Source: an uncultured virus (IMG/VR IMGVR_UViG_3300008117_000029) (taxonomy: Duplodnaviria > Heunggongvirae > Uroviricota > Caudoviricetes). Taken from it: DNA of 64,000 nucleotides. The DNA is taken from positions 62,001 to 126,000 of the IMG/VR virus record IMGVR_UViG_3300008117_000029; one strand, given 5' to 3'. Position numbers and translations under genes: made by a program. The notes under the pieces were generated by a model. That model was not told where the DNA came from and searched no databases. It was given only the letters and a program-made list of their open reading frames with translations. Positions 10,565 through 18,808 of the stretch are shown here, piece after piece; position 1 is the first letter of the stretch, and every line of letters starts with the position of its first letter.

Positions 10565-11422
10565 ATGACAAATGTATTAGATGCCGTATTGGCGCAGTAT
10601 GAAAAAAATCAAATCGGGGGCGGGGCCCAATCCAAAATGTCGCAAGACGAAAGAATGAAAAAGTATTTCGCTTTAATCCTTGGTGATAAAGAGAAATCAG
10701 GTCAGAGAAGAATTAGAATTCTCCCTACACAAGATGGTTCCTCACCATTCAAAGAGGCTTGGTATCACGAAATCCAAGTAGGAGGTCAATGGCAAAAGTT
10801 CTATGACCCAGGAAAAAACGACAATGAGCGTTCTCCACTTAACGAAGTTTATGAAGAATTGATGAGCACAGGTAAGGAATCTGACAAGGAACTTGCTAAG
10901 CAATACAAATCTCGTAAGTTTTACATCGTAAAAGTTATCGACAGAGATAACGAAGCTGATGGACCAAAGTTTTGGAGATTCAAACACAACTACAAGAACG
11001 AAGGTATCTTAGATAAAATCATTCCAATTTGGAGAAACAAAGGTGATGTTACTGACCCTGAGAATGGTCGTGACCTTATCATCGAACTTGCTAAATCCAA
11101 AACACCTAAGGGTAAAGAATACACAACCGTATCTGCGATTATGTATGATGACCCGGCTCCTGTTCATACAGACAAGGACCAAGCTAAAGAGTGGATTAAC
11201 GATGAGTTAAGTTGGACTGATGTATACAGTAAGAAACCTGTTGAGTACCTTGAGGCAATCGCAAGAGGTGAAACTCCAAAGTGGGATACTGAAAAAGGTG
11301 GATATGTTTATGGTGACAGCACAGTTTCTGAGGAAACACTCGGTGGTTCATCAAAACCAACTACCAAAAAGGTTCAAGACCCACAAGCAGATTCTGAAGT
11401 AGACGAAGATTTACCATTCTAA
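10565..11422 (+). CDS. Single-stranded DNA-binding protein, T4 gp32-like
   Basis: RIRILP...PFKEAWYH, YIVKVIDRD, DVTDPENGRDLII motifs; acidic tail ending DEDLPF; next to recombinase. Confidence 0.8.
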   Translation: MTNVLDAVLAQYEKNQIGGGAQSKMSQDERMKKYFALILGDKEKSGQRRIRILPTQDGSSPFKEAWYHEIQVGGQWQKFYDPGKNDNERSPLNEVYEELMSTGKESDKELAKQYKSRKFYIVKVIDRDNEADGPKFWRFKHNYKNEGILDKIIPIWRNKGDVTDPENGRDLIIELAKSKTPKGKEYTTVSAIMYDDPAPVHTDKDQAKEWINDELSWTDVYSKKPVEYLEAIARGETPKWDTEKGGYVYGDSTVSEETLGGSSKPTTKKVQDPQADSEVDEDLPF

Positions 11423-11431
11423 TTTTATAAC

Positions 11432-11460
11432 AAGGGCGGTGTTGAGCCGCCCTTATTTTT
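11432..11460 (+). terminator. Rho-independent terminator/attenuator between SSB and recombinase
   Basis: AAGGGCGGT-GTTGA-GCCGCCCTT then ATTTTT. Confidence 0.75.
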
Positions 11461-11472
11461 ATGTAACACAAT

Positions 11473-12474
11473 ATGGCTATTAAGAAAAACGATTTCGGTA
11501 ATTTAAAAAAGAAGTTCTCAACTTCAGCAAGATATAAACCACAAAGATTTTTGGACTTAGGTTCTGACTTTTTGGATGCAGTTGGACTTCCAGGTCCCGC
11601 AGTTGGACATATCAACATGTTCCTCGGGCACTCAGATACAGGTAAAACAACTGCAGCCATCAAAGCTGCGGTAGATGCTCAGAAGAAAGAAATACTTCCT
11701 GTATTCATAATCACAGAACAGAAATGGAGTTTTGACCACGCCAAACTTATGGGTTTCCAATGCGAAGAAGTTGTTGATAAAGAAACAGGCGAACTTGATT
11801 GGGATGGATTTTTCTTATTCAATAACAATTTCAGTTACATTGAACAAATCACAGACTACATCAATCAACTCCTTGATGCACAAGAAAAAGGGGAATTGAA
11901 TTACAGTTTATGTTTTATATGGGATTCAGTTGGTTCTGTTCCTTGTAAAATGACATACGAAGGTAAAGGTGGTAAACAACACAACGCATCTGTGTTATCA
12001 GATAAAATTGGTATGGGTATCAACCAAAGAATCTCAGGCTCTAGAAAGGCAGACACCGAATACGAAAATACACTTATTATTATCAACCAACCATGGGTAG
12101 AACTACCCGACAATCCTTTTGGTCAACCAAAGATTAAGGCTAAAGGTGGAGAATCAGTTTGGTTAAACTCATCATTAGTTTTCCTTTTCGGAAATCAAAA
12201 AGGTGCTGGAACTACCAAGATTACTGCTACCAAAGACAAACGCTCAGTGAAATTTGCAGTAAGAAGTAAAATCTCAGTTATGAAAAATCACATCAACGGA
12301 TTGGGTTTTGATGACGGAAAGATTATTGTTACTCCTCACGGGTTCTTGGCTGGTAAAGATTCAACCGAAGAAAAAGCGTCTATCGAGGCCTACAAAAAAG
12401 AATACGCCGACTATTGGAAAGATATTATCGGTGCTGAAGGGGATTTTACACTCACAGAAGAAAAAGAAGATTGA
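11473..12474 (+). CDS. uvsX: RecA/UvsX-like recombinase
   Basis: Walker A GHSDTGKT, Walker B FIWDSVG, IIINQ and KGG motifs of the RecA family. Confidence 0.85.
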   Translation: MAIKKNDFGNLKKKFSTSARYKPQRFLDLGSDFLDAVGLPGPAVGHINMFLGHSDTGKTTAAIKAAVDAQKKEILPVFIITEQKWSFDHAKLMGFQCEEVVDKETGELDWDGFFLFNNNFSYIEQITDYINQLLDAQEKGELNYSLCFIWDSVGSVPCKMTYEGKGGKQHNASVLSDKIGMGINQRISGSRKADTEYENTLIIINQPWVELPDNPFGQPKIKAKGGESVWLNSSLVFLFGNQKGAGTTKITATKDKRSVKFAVRSKISVMKNHINGLGFDDGKIIVTPHGFLAGKDSTEEKASIEAYKKEYADYWKDIIGAEGDFTLTEEKED

Positions 12475-12497
12475 TTGTTCACCATTAAATTGAATAT

Positions 12498-13490
12498 GTG
12501 ACGAAGACATTGTTGGTGGATGGGGACAACCTATTCAAAATTGGATTTCACGGGGTCAGAGACCTTTATAGTGACGGTTCTCATATAGGTGGAGTATATC
12601 ACTTCATCAACACAATCAGGAGATTTTTAGAGATGCATAATCACGATAAAGTGATTGTATTTTGGGACGGTGATTCTAACTCATCAATCAGAAAATCTTT
12701 ATACCCACAATACAAGGGTAATCGTCGTCAAGACATGAATGAATACAAATACGAATCTTACTTGCAACAAAAGGCAAGAGTAAAGATGTATTTGGAGGAG
12801 GTCTATGTGCGACAAGTCGAAATGATTAACAATGAAGCTGACGACCTAATATCCTATTATACTCAAATAGCGACCGATGAAGAGATTATCATATTCTCGG
12901 CAGACAAAGACTTAACACAGTTAATTAACCCAAGGGTGACCATCTATTCACCCGTAGGTAAAGGTTATCTAAAGAACGGGGATAAGGTAACAATCAATAA
13001 AGTGGATATTCCACATTACAACGTTACTTTGACAAAAATCATGACAGGTGATAAGTCAGATAATATAGATGGTATCGAAGGCCTGGGTGAAAAAACTTTA
13101 GTAAAACTTTTTCCGATTATGCTTGAAAAACAATGCACTATCGAAGAAATATTGGATTATGCACGAAATATCCCGCAAAAAAAACCTATTAAAAGTTTAT
13201 CTAATATTTTGACAGGAAAGACAAAAAGCGGTATACTTGGAGAACAGTTCTACAGAATAAATAAACAAATTGTTGATTTGAATACACCCCTAATAACCGA
13301 CGAAGGTAAAACCTTAGTAGAACAAATCTACACAGACACCATAGACCCAACAGATAGGGGATATAAAAACTTAATGAGATTGATGATGGAGGACGGACTC
13401 TTCAAATATCTCCCCACAAATGATGAGGCATGGGTTAATTTCCTCAAACCTTTTTTAAAATTAATAAGAAAAGAAAAACGAAAGAAATGA
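12498..13490 (+). CDS. 5'-3' exonuclease / flap endonuclease (T4 RNase H / PolI N-terminal-like)
   Basis: LLVDG, YKGNR, EADD, SADKDLTQL and GDKSDNIDGIEGLGEKT (H3TH) motifs; GTG start. Confidence 0.9.
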   Translation: MTKTLLVDGDNLFKIGFHGVRDLYSDGSHIGGVYHFINTIRRFLEMHNHDKVIVFWDGDSNSSIRKSLYPQYKGNRRQDMNEYKYESYLQQKARVKMYLEEVYVRQVEMINNEADDLISYYTQIATDEEIIIFSADKDLTQLINPRVTIYSPVGKGYLKNGDKVTINKVDIPHYNVTLTKIMTGDKSDNIDGIEGLGEKTLVKLFPIMLEKQCTIEEILDYARNIPQKKPIKSLSNILTGKTKSGILGEQFYRINKQIVDLNTPLITDEGKTLVEQIYTDTIDPTDRGYKNLMRLMMEDGLFKYLPTNDEAWVNFLKPFLKLIRKEKRKK

Positions 13491-14227
13491 TAGACTACAC
13501 TTTATCAGATAAACTGAAAATTCAGTATCAAACTGCGAAACCTTTTCCATACATTGTGATTGATAATTTTTTACCAGACTTCTTACTAAAAAGTTGTTTA
13601 GAAGAAATTAAAAAACACAAGAAATGGTTTTCTAATGAAGAAGAATGGGTTGAAGAGTTTGAGAAAAACAAATTATATTACCCAACACATTCTACCGATA
13701 TGGAAGAGTTTAAAAACTACCTTCCTATTACCAATATGATTACAGAGTATATGAATTCAGAACCATTTATTAAATTTTTAGAAAATTTAACAGGGTTTGA
13801 GAAATTATATAGAGACCCTATAATGTTGGGAGGGGGAATACATAAAATAAATAAAGGGGGTAAGTTATCTATTCACATTGATTATAACCAACACCCTGGT
13901 AAAAAATGGAAACGTAACTTAAATCTATTACTTTATTTAAATGAAACTTGGTTGAAAGAATGGGGAGGTAATTTAGAGTTATGGGGTGGAGACCCTTGGA
14001 AAAAAGAAATAGAGATAGAACCAATATTCAATAGAGCGGTTATTTTTTCTATTGAAGATGCACCTCATGGGCATCCACTACCATTAAAAACACCTGATGA
14101 TGTGTCAAGATATTCATTAGCACTTTATTACTTCACCGATGAAGAAGTAAAAAACAAACACACAGTTATCTTCTACAAAGAAGAAGAATTGGGTATAAAT
14201 GAAACAGATAACTTATTTAAATTTTAA
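13487..14227 (+). CDS. 2OG-Fe(II) oxygenase (prolyl-4-hydroxylase-like family)
   Basis: PFPYIVIDNFL, HxD (HID), LLLYLN..W..EWGGNLELW, distal H (HGHP) and R-x-S (RYS); ATGA overlap. Confidence 0.85.
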   Translation: MIDYTLSDKLKIQYQTAKPFPYIVIDNFLPDFLLKSCLEEIKKHKKWFSNEEEWVEEFEKNKLYYPTHSTDMEEFKNYLPITNMITEYMNSEPFIKFLENLTGFEKLYRDPIMLGGGIHKINKGGKLSIHIDYNQHPGKKWKRNLNLLLYLNETWLKEWGGNLELWGGDPWKKEIEIEPIFNRAVIFSIEDAPHGHPLPLKTPDDVSRYSLALYYFTDEEVKNKHTVIFYKEEELGINETDNLFKF

Positions 14228-14254
14228 GCAAATACAAACAAAAATTAAACAAAC

Positions 14255-14704
14255 ATGAAAGAGCAAGACAGCACAAAAATGGAATTTCTATTGACCCTCA
14301 ATGAAAACATTGTTGTTCAGAGGTTTTTTAATGTTCGTGGTTACAACCCGAAAGCTAAGAACTCTATGGAACTTTATGGATTCATGAAGGCATTCAGTGA
14401 GGAACTCCATTATTATCTAAAAATGAAGACTGTGATTTACATGATGGATAACAAGGACGCCATCAATGATAATCCAGCAATTATGGAAACATCGTTCACA
14501 GAAGGTCCTGAATTTTTCAACCTTTATGTCAAGTTGGGCGACACGACAATTTGTCATAGAAGAATTGATGGAAAACTTTATCCACCAAAAGTTCGTTATA
14601 CAGTTGACGTAAGACCATTCTTGAAAGAATTACTTAGAGAATTAACTGACATTTTTTCAGCAAAAAAATTAACTCACGAGTATTTGGAATTTGACCTTAT
14701 CTAA
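14255..14704 (+). CDS. Hypothetical protein (149 aa) upstream of the helicase
   Basis: ATG with A-rich leader; no motif recognised. Confidence 0.7.
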   Translation: MKEQDSTKMEFLLTLNENIVVQRFFNVRGYNPKAKNSMELYGFMKAFSEELHYYLKMKTVIYMMDNKDAINDNPAIMETSFTEGPEFFNLYVKLGDTTICHRRIDGKLYPPKVRYTVDVRPFLKELLRELTDIFSAKKLTHEYLEFDLI

Positions 14705-14743
14705 GGACTATTTAAATTATAAGGGGGGAATCACAGAGAGTTT

Positions 14744-16123
14744 ATGAATAAGAATTTTGACTACTTAGGTAATACATTTCAGATACAATTAATAAATCAA
14801 ATAATCCTTGATAAGGACTTTTCAAGTTCAATCTTGGATGTTATTGAGAGTTCATATTTCGATAACAAATACTTTAAAATCATTATTCAAATGATTAAAG
14901 AGTATTATGTAAAATATGAATCAACACCAAACTTCGAAACTTTAGAACAAATTATAAAGTCCGAGGTTAGTCAAGAACTTGTAGCTAAAATTGTTTTAGA
15001 TACTCTCAATCAAGTAAAAGATGCACCATTAGAAGGAACTCAGTTCGTTCAAGAGAAGGCATTGAAATTCTGTAAACAACAAGAGTTACAGAAAGCAATG
15101 GACAAGGCACAAAAGATAATCACTGAGGGTGATTTCGAATCCTACGATAAAGTCGAAGGTCTTGTTAGAGAGGCTCTTCAAGTTGGTGAAATCGAGAAAG
15201 GACAATCAGACGTATTCAACGATTTGGAAAATGTTCTTGTTGAAGATTATAGACACCCAATTCCAATGGGTATTGCAGGAATTGACAAACTACTCAAAGG
15301 TGGTTTAGCGAAAGGTGAGATTGGTGTTATCTTGGCACCAACAGGTGTTGGTAAGACAACCGTCCTCACAAAAATTTCTAATACAGCTTTCAATATGGGA
15401 TATAACGTTCTTCAAATATTTTTTGAGGACAACCCAAAAATTATCCAAAGAAAACATTTTACCATTTGGACTGGCATAGAACCCGATAACTTGGTTTTCC
15501 ATAAAGAAAAAGTTATGGAAAAAATTACTGAGATTAAGGAAACGATGCAAAACAAATTAGTTCTTAAGAAATTAGCTTCAGATACAATGACCATGAATCA
15601 AATAAAGAATCAGGTCAGAAAAATGATAGCGGATGGAACAAGGATTGATATGATAGTAATGGACTATATTGATTGTGTTCTACCAGAATCAAGTGCTAAA
15701 GACGAATGGAAAGCCGAAGGTTCAATTATGAGAGCATTCGAAGCCATGTGTCATGAACTTGACATAGCTGGTTGGACAGCAACCCAAGGTAATAGAAGTT
15801 CAATCTCATCTGAGGTTGTTACTACTGACCAAATGGGAGGTTCAATTAAGAAAGCCCAAGTCGGTCACGTCATCATAACCGTGGCAAAAACACTACAACA
15901 AAAAGAAATGAACTTAGCAACTATTGCAATTACTAAGTCTCGTTTAGGTAAAGATGGTGTTGTATTCGAAAACTGTAAATTCAACAACGAATTACTTGAA
16001 ATAGATACGGAATCATCTGTAACCTTCTTAGGTTTTGAAGAACAACAAGAAGAAAGAAAAAGAGATAGAGTTAAGGAGCTTCTCGAGAAAAGAAAAGAAA
16101 GAGAGCAACAAAAAAATCCATAA
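14744..16123 (+). CDS. Replicative DNA helicase, DnaB/T4 gp41-like
   Basis: Walker A APTGVGKT, Walker B IVMDYID, WTATQGNR and KSR motifs. Confidence 0.9.
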   Translation: MNKNFDYLGNTFQIQLINQIILDKDFSSSILDVIESSYFDNKYFKIIIQMIKEYYVKYESTPNFETLEQIIKSEVSQELVAKIVLDTLNQVKDAPLEGTQFVQEKALKFCKQQELQKAMDKAQKIITEGDFESYDKVEGLVREALQVGEIEKGQSDVFNDLENVLVEDYRHPIPMGIAGIDKLLKGGLAKGEIGVILAPTGVGKTTVLTKISNTAFNMGYNVLQIFFEDNPKIIQRKHFTIWTGIEPDNLVFHKEKVMEKITEIKETMQNKLVLKKLASDTMTMNQIKNQVRKMIADGTRIDMIVMDYIDCVLPESSAKDEWKAEGSIMRAFEAMCHELDIAGWTATQGNRSSISSEVVTTDQMGGSIKKAQVGHVIITVAKTLQQKEMNLATIAITKSRLGKDGVVFENCKFNNELLEIDTESSVTFLGFEEQQEERKRDRVKELLEKRKEREQQKNP

Positions 16124-16172
16124 TTAAATATCTACTTTATAACAAAAAAACTTATTTTTTTTTAATTAATTT

Positions 16173-16230
16173 TGTGGTCGGAAAGTGTTCGACCGCATAT
16201 TTATCATAAAAATCGACGATTTTTTGATAA
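16173..16230 (+). promoter_or_regulatory. Two tandem inverted repeats with a TATTTAT motif at their junction, upstream of RNR
   Basis: TGTGGTCGGA-AAGTG-TTCGACCGCA (16173-16197); TATTTAT 16198-16204; near-palindrome TTATCATAAAAATCGACGATTTTTTGATAA (16201-16230). Confidence 0.5.
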
Positions 16231-16257
16231 AAACTTACACAACAAAAACTACAAAAA

Positions 16258-18120
16258 ATGGACATTTCGAACAGGATTTTATCGGAGATTACAGTATACA
16301 TGAAGTATGCTAAGTATATTCCCGAACTTAAGAGAAGAGAAACGTGGCAAGAATTAGTCACAAGAAACATGGAGATGCATATCAAAAAGTATCCCAAACT
16401 AGAAGAAGAAATCAGAGAGAACTATAAATACGTTTATAGAAAACAAGTTCTTCCTTCAATGAGGTCAATGCAATTTGCAGGTAAACCCATTGAAATTTCT
16501 CCAAACAGAATTTACAACTGTGCATTTGCACCGATTGATGATTGGAGAGTATTTTCTGAAATCATGTTCTTACTCTTAGGTGGAACAGGTGTTGGATACT
16601 CAGTTCAAAAACACCATGTTGAGTTGTTACCTGAGGTTAGAAAACCAAATAAAGAGAGAGGTAGAAGATGGTTAGTTGCAGACTCTATCGAGGGATGGGC
16701 TGATGCTGTTAAAGTATTAGTCAAGTCATACTTCTTTGGTGGTTCTCATATCGAGTTTGATTATAGTGATATCAGACCAAAAGGTGCTAGACTTGTAACA
16801 TCGGGTGGTAAGGCTCCTGGTCCTCAACCACTGAAAGAATGTCTAATCAAATTAGAAGGTATTTTAGAAGCGAAAGAAGATGGAGAAAAATTAACTCCAA
16901 TCGAAGTTCATGACATGGTATGTCACATTGCGGACGCAGTGTTAGCTGGTGGTATCAGAAGAGCGGCTTTGATTTGTTTATTCTCAGCAACTGATGAAGA
17001 TATGATTGGTTGTAAAAGTGGTGCTTGGTGGGAACAAAATCCACAAAGAGGAAGAGCTAATAACTCAGCAGTATTGATGAGACACAAAATTACAAAGGAC
17101 TATTTTATGGACCTTTGGAAAAGAATCGAAGCAAGTGGTGCTGGCGAACCTGGTATCTACTTAAGTAATGACAAAGATTGGGGAACTAACCCATGTTGTG
17201 AAATTGCACTTCGTCCTTTCCAATTCTGTAACTTGACTGAAGTGAACGTTTCAAATGTCGTATCTCAAGAAGATTACGAAGATAGAGTTAAGGCTGCTTC
17301 TTTCATTGGCACTCTTCAGGCAGGATATACTGATTTCCATTATCTAAGACCAATTTGGCAAAGAACTACAGAAAAAGATGCCCTTATTGGTATCTCAATG
17401 ACAGGAATTGGCTCAGGAGCGGTTATGGGTCTCAACATGAAATCAGCGGCTAAAGTGGTAAAAGAAGAAAATGAAAGAGTAACATCCCTAATTGGTATTA
17501 ATAAGTCGGCTAGAACCACAACAGTAAAACCGGCAGGAACTACCTCACTAACACTTGGAACTTCATCAGGTATTCACGCATGGCATAACGATTACTATAT
17601 CAGAAGAGTTAGAGTTGGTAAAAACGAAGCAATATACACACACCTAAAGAATAATCATCCTGAACTTGTTGAAGATGAATATTTCAGACCACATGACACT
17701 GCAGTTATTAGTATACCACAAAAGGCACCTGAAGGGTCTATCTTAAGAAATGAATCACCCATTCAACTCTTAGAAAGAGTTAAAAAGGTTCAACAAGAAT
17801 GGATTAAACCAGGTCATAGAAATGGTTCAAATGCACATAACGTATCTGCAACAGTTTCTATTCGTGAACATGAATGGCCGGCAGTTGGTGAATGGATGTG
17901 GGAAAATAAGGAACATTATAATGGACTTTCAGTTTTACCTTACAATGGTGGAACATATATTCAAGCACCTTTTGAAGATTGCACAAAAGAAAAATACGAA
18001 GAGCTATTACAAACGCTAAAAGATGTTGATTTGTCAAAAATTGTTGAAAATGATGATGATACTGATTTAAGTGGAGAACTAGCATGTGCTGGAGGAGCTT
18101 GTGAGATTACATTGGTATAA
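16258..18120 (+). CDS. nrdJ: Class II (adenosylcobalamin-dependent) ribonucleotide reductase
   Basis: YNCAF, GGTGVGYS, TNPCCEI active-site motif, TTVKPAGT, C-terminal CAGGAC redox pair; no ATP-cone; no NrdB gene adjacent. Confidence 0.88.
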   Translation: MDISNRILSEITVYMKYAKYIPELKRRETWQELVTRNMEMHIKKYPKLEEEIRENYKYVYRKQVLPSMRSMQFAGKPIEISPNRIYNCAFAPIDDWRVFSEIMFLLLGGTGVGYSVQKHHVELLPEVRKPNKERGRRWLVADSIEGWADAVKVLVKSYFFGGSHIEFDYSDIRPKGARLVTSGGKAPGPQPLKECLIKLEGILEAKEDGEKLTPIEVHDMVCHIADAVLAGGIRRAALICLFSATDEDMIGCKSGAWWEQNPQRGRANNSAVLMRHKITKDYFMDLWKRIEASGAGEPGIYLSNDKDWGTNPCCEIALRPFQFCNLTEVNVSNVVSQEDYEDRVKAASFIGTLQAGYTDFHYLRPIWQRTTEKDALIGISMTGIGSGAVMGLNMKSAAKVVKEENERVTSLIGINKSARTTTVKPAGTTSLTLGTSSGIHAWHNDYYIRRVRVGKNEAIYTHLKNNHPELVEDEYFRPHDTAVISIPQKAPEGSILRNESPIQLLERVKKVQQEWIKPGHRNGSNAHNVSATVSIREHEWPAVGEWMWENKEHYNGLSVLPYNGGTYIQAPFEDCTKEKYEELLQTLKDVDLSKIVENDDDTDLSGELACAGGACEITLV

Positions 18121-18123
18121 CCT

Positions 18124-18312
18124 ATGAAAAATAATGAAGATAAAAGGGTCGAGCCTAAAAAACTTGACCCTTCTTATTTCTACGAAGAGAACGGTAGAAT
18201 AGTGTTCACAGAGAATTATCACACTAACAGAGGATATTGTTGTGGAAATAATTGTAGACATTGTCCATTCGAACCGAGAGCTGAAAGAGGAAATACTATA
18301 TTAAAAAAATAA
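18124..18312 (+). CDS. Small Cys-rich protein, DUF5522-like
   Basis: YFYEENGRIVFTENYH..RGYCCGNNCRHCPF pattern. Confidence 0.7.
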   Translation: MKNNEDKRVEPKKLDPSYFYEENGRIVFTENYHTNRGYCCGNNCRHCPFEPRAERGNTILKK

Positions 18313-18320
18313 TCCAACTA

Positions 18321-18328
18321 TATTTATA
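18321..18328 (+). promoter_or_regulatory. TATTTATA motif, candidate late promoter
   Basis: 4 nt before ATG 18333 at the head of the baseplate operon. Confidence 0.55.
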
Positions 18329-18332
18329 CAAT

Positions 18333-18803
18333 ATGGCAGATGGAATTACATATGGTATAAATTTCCCCTTTAGGGATTCGAGGAAAGGAGACTACTTAGC
18401 ACTTACTGAATTTGAGGCTCAGGAAATCAAAGCTGACCTTCTACATTTAATTCTTACAAGAAAGGGTTCGAGATATTTTCTACCAGAATTCGGAACGAGA
18501 CTTTATGAATTTATATTTGAACCTTTCGATGGGTTGACATTTGCAGCAATCGAATCAGATATCAGAGATGCGGTTTCCCAATTTATGCCAGAGTTACTTT
18601 TGAATAATATAACAATAGAACCTGCTGATATCCAAGAGGAAATCGATTCAGCCAATACTCCAAACATCGCAGGTCCTGGTGATATATCAATATATCGTTT
18701 CCCGGGTAAAGGGACTTCTGAATATACCGCAAAATTAAGAATTGACTATTCAACCGAAAGGAATGCGTTTGGTCAAAGTGATTTTATAATTGTCAATATT
18801 TAA
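18333..18803 (+). CDS. Baseplate wedge protein, gp25/GPW-like
   Basis: GINFPF...LLHLILTRKGSRYFLPEFGTRLYEFIFEP...IRDAVSQFMP is the gp25 family signature. Confidence 0.9.
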   Translation: MADGITYGINFPFRDSRKGDYLALTEFEAQEIKADLLHLILTRKGSRYFLPEFGTRLYEFIFEPFDGLTFAAIESDIRDAVSQFMPELLLNNITIEPADIQEEIDSANTPNIAGPGDISIYRFPGKGTSEYTAKLRIDYSTERNAFGQSDFIIVNI

Positions 18804-18808
18804 AATAG

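Noticed and set aside
16124..16257. Cobalamin riboswitch or NrdR boxes upstream of nrdJ
   Set aside because: Short, very AT-rich, and no B12-box or NrdR consensus recognisable by eye; kept only as an unexplained structured leader
11473..18120. Inteins or introns in recombinase, helicase or RNR
   Set aside because: Lengths are ordinary and no splice-junction or homing-endonuclease motifs are visible
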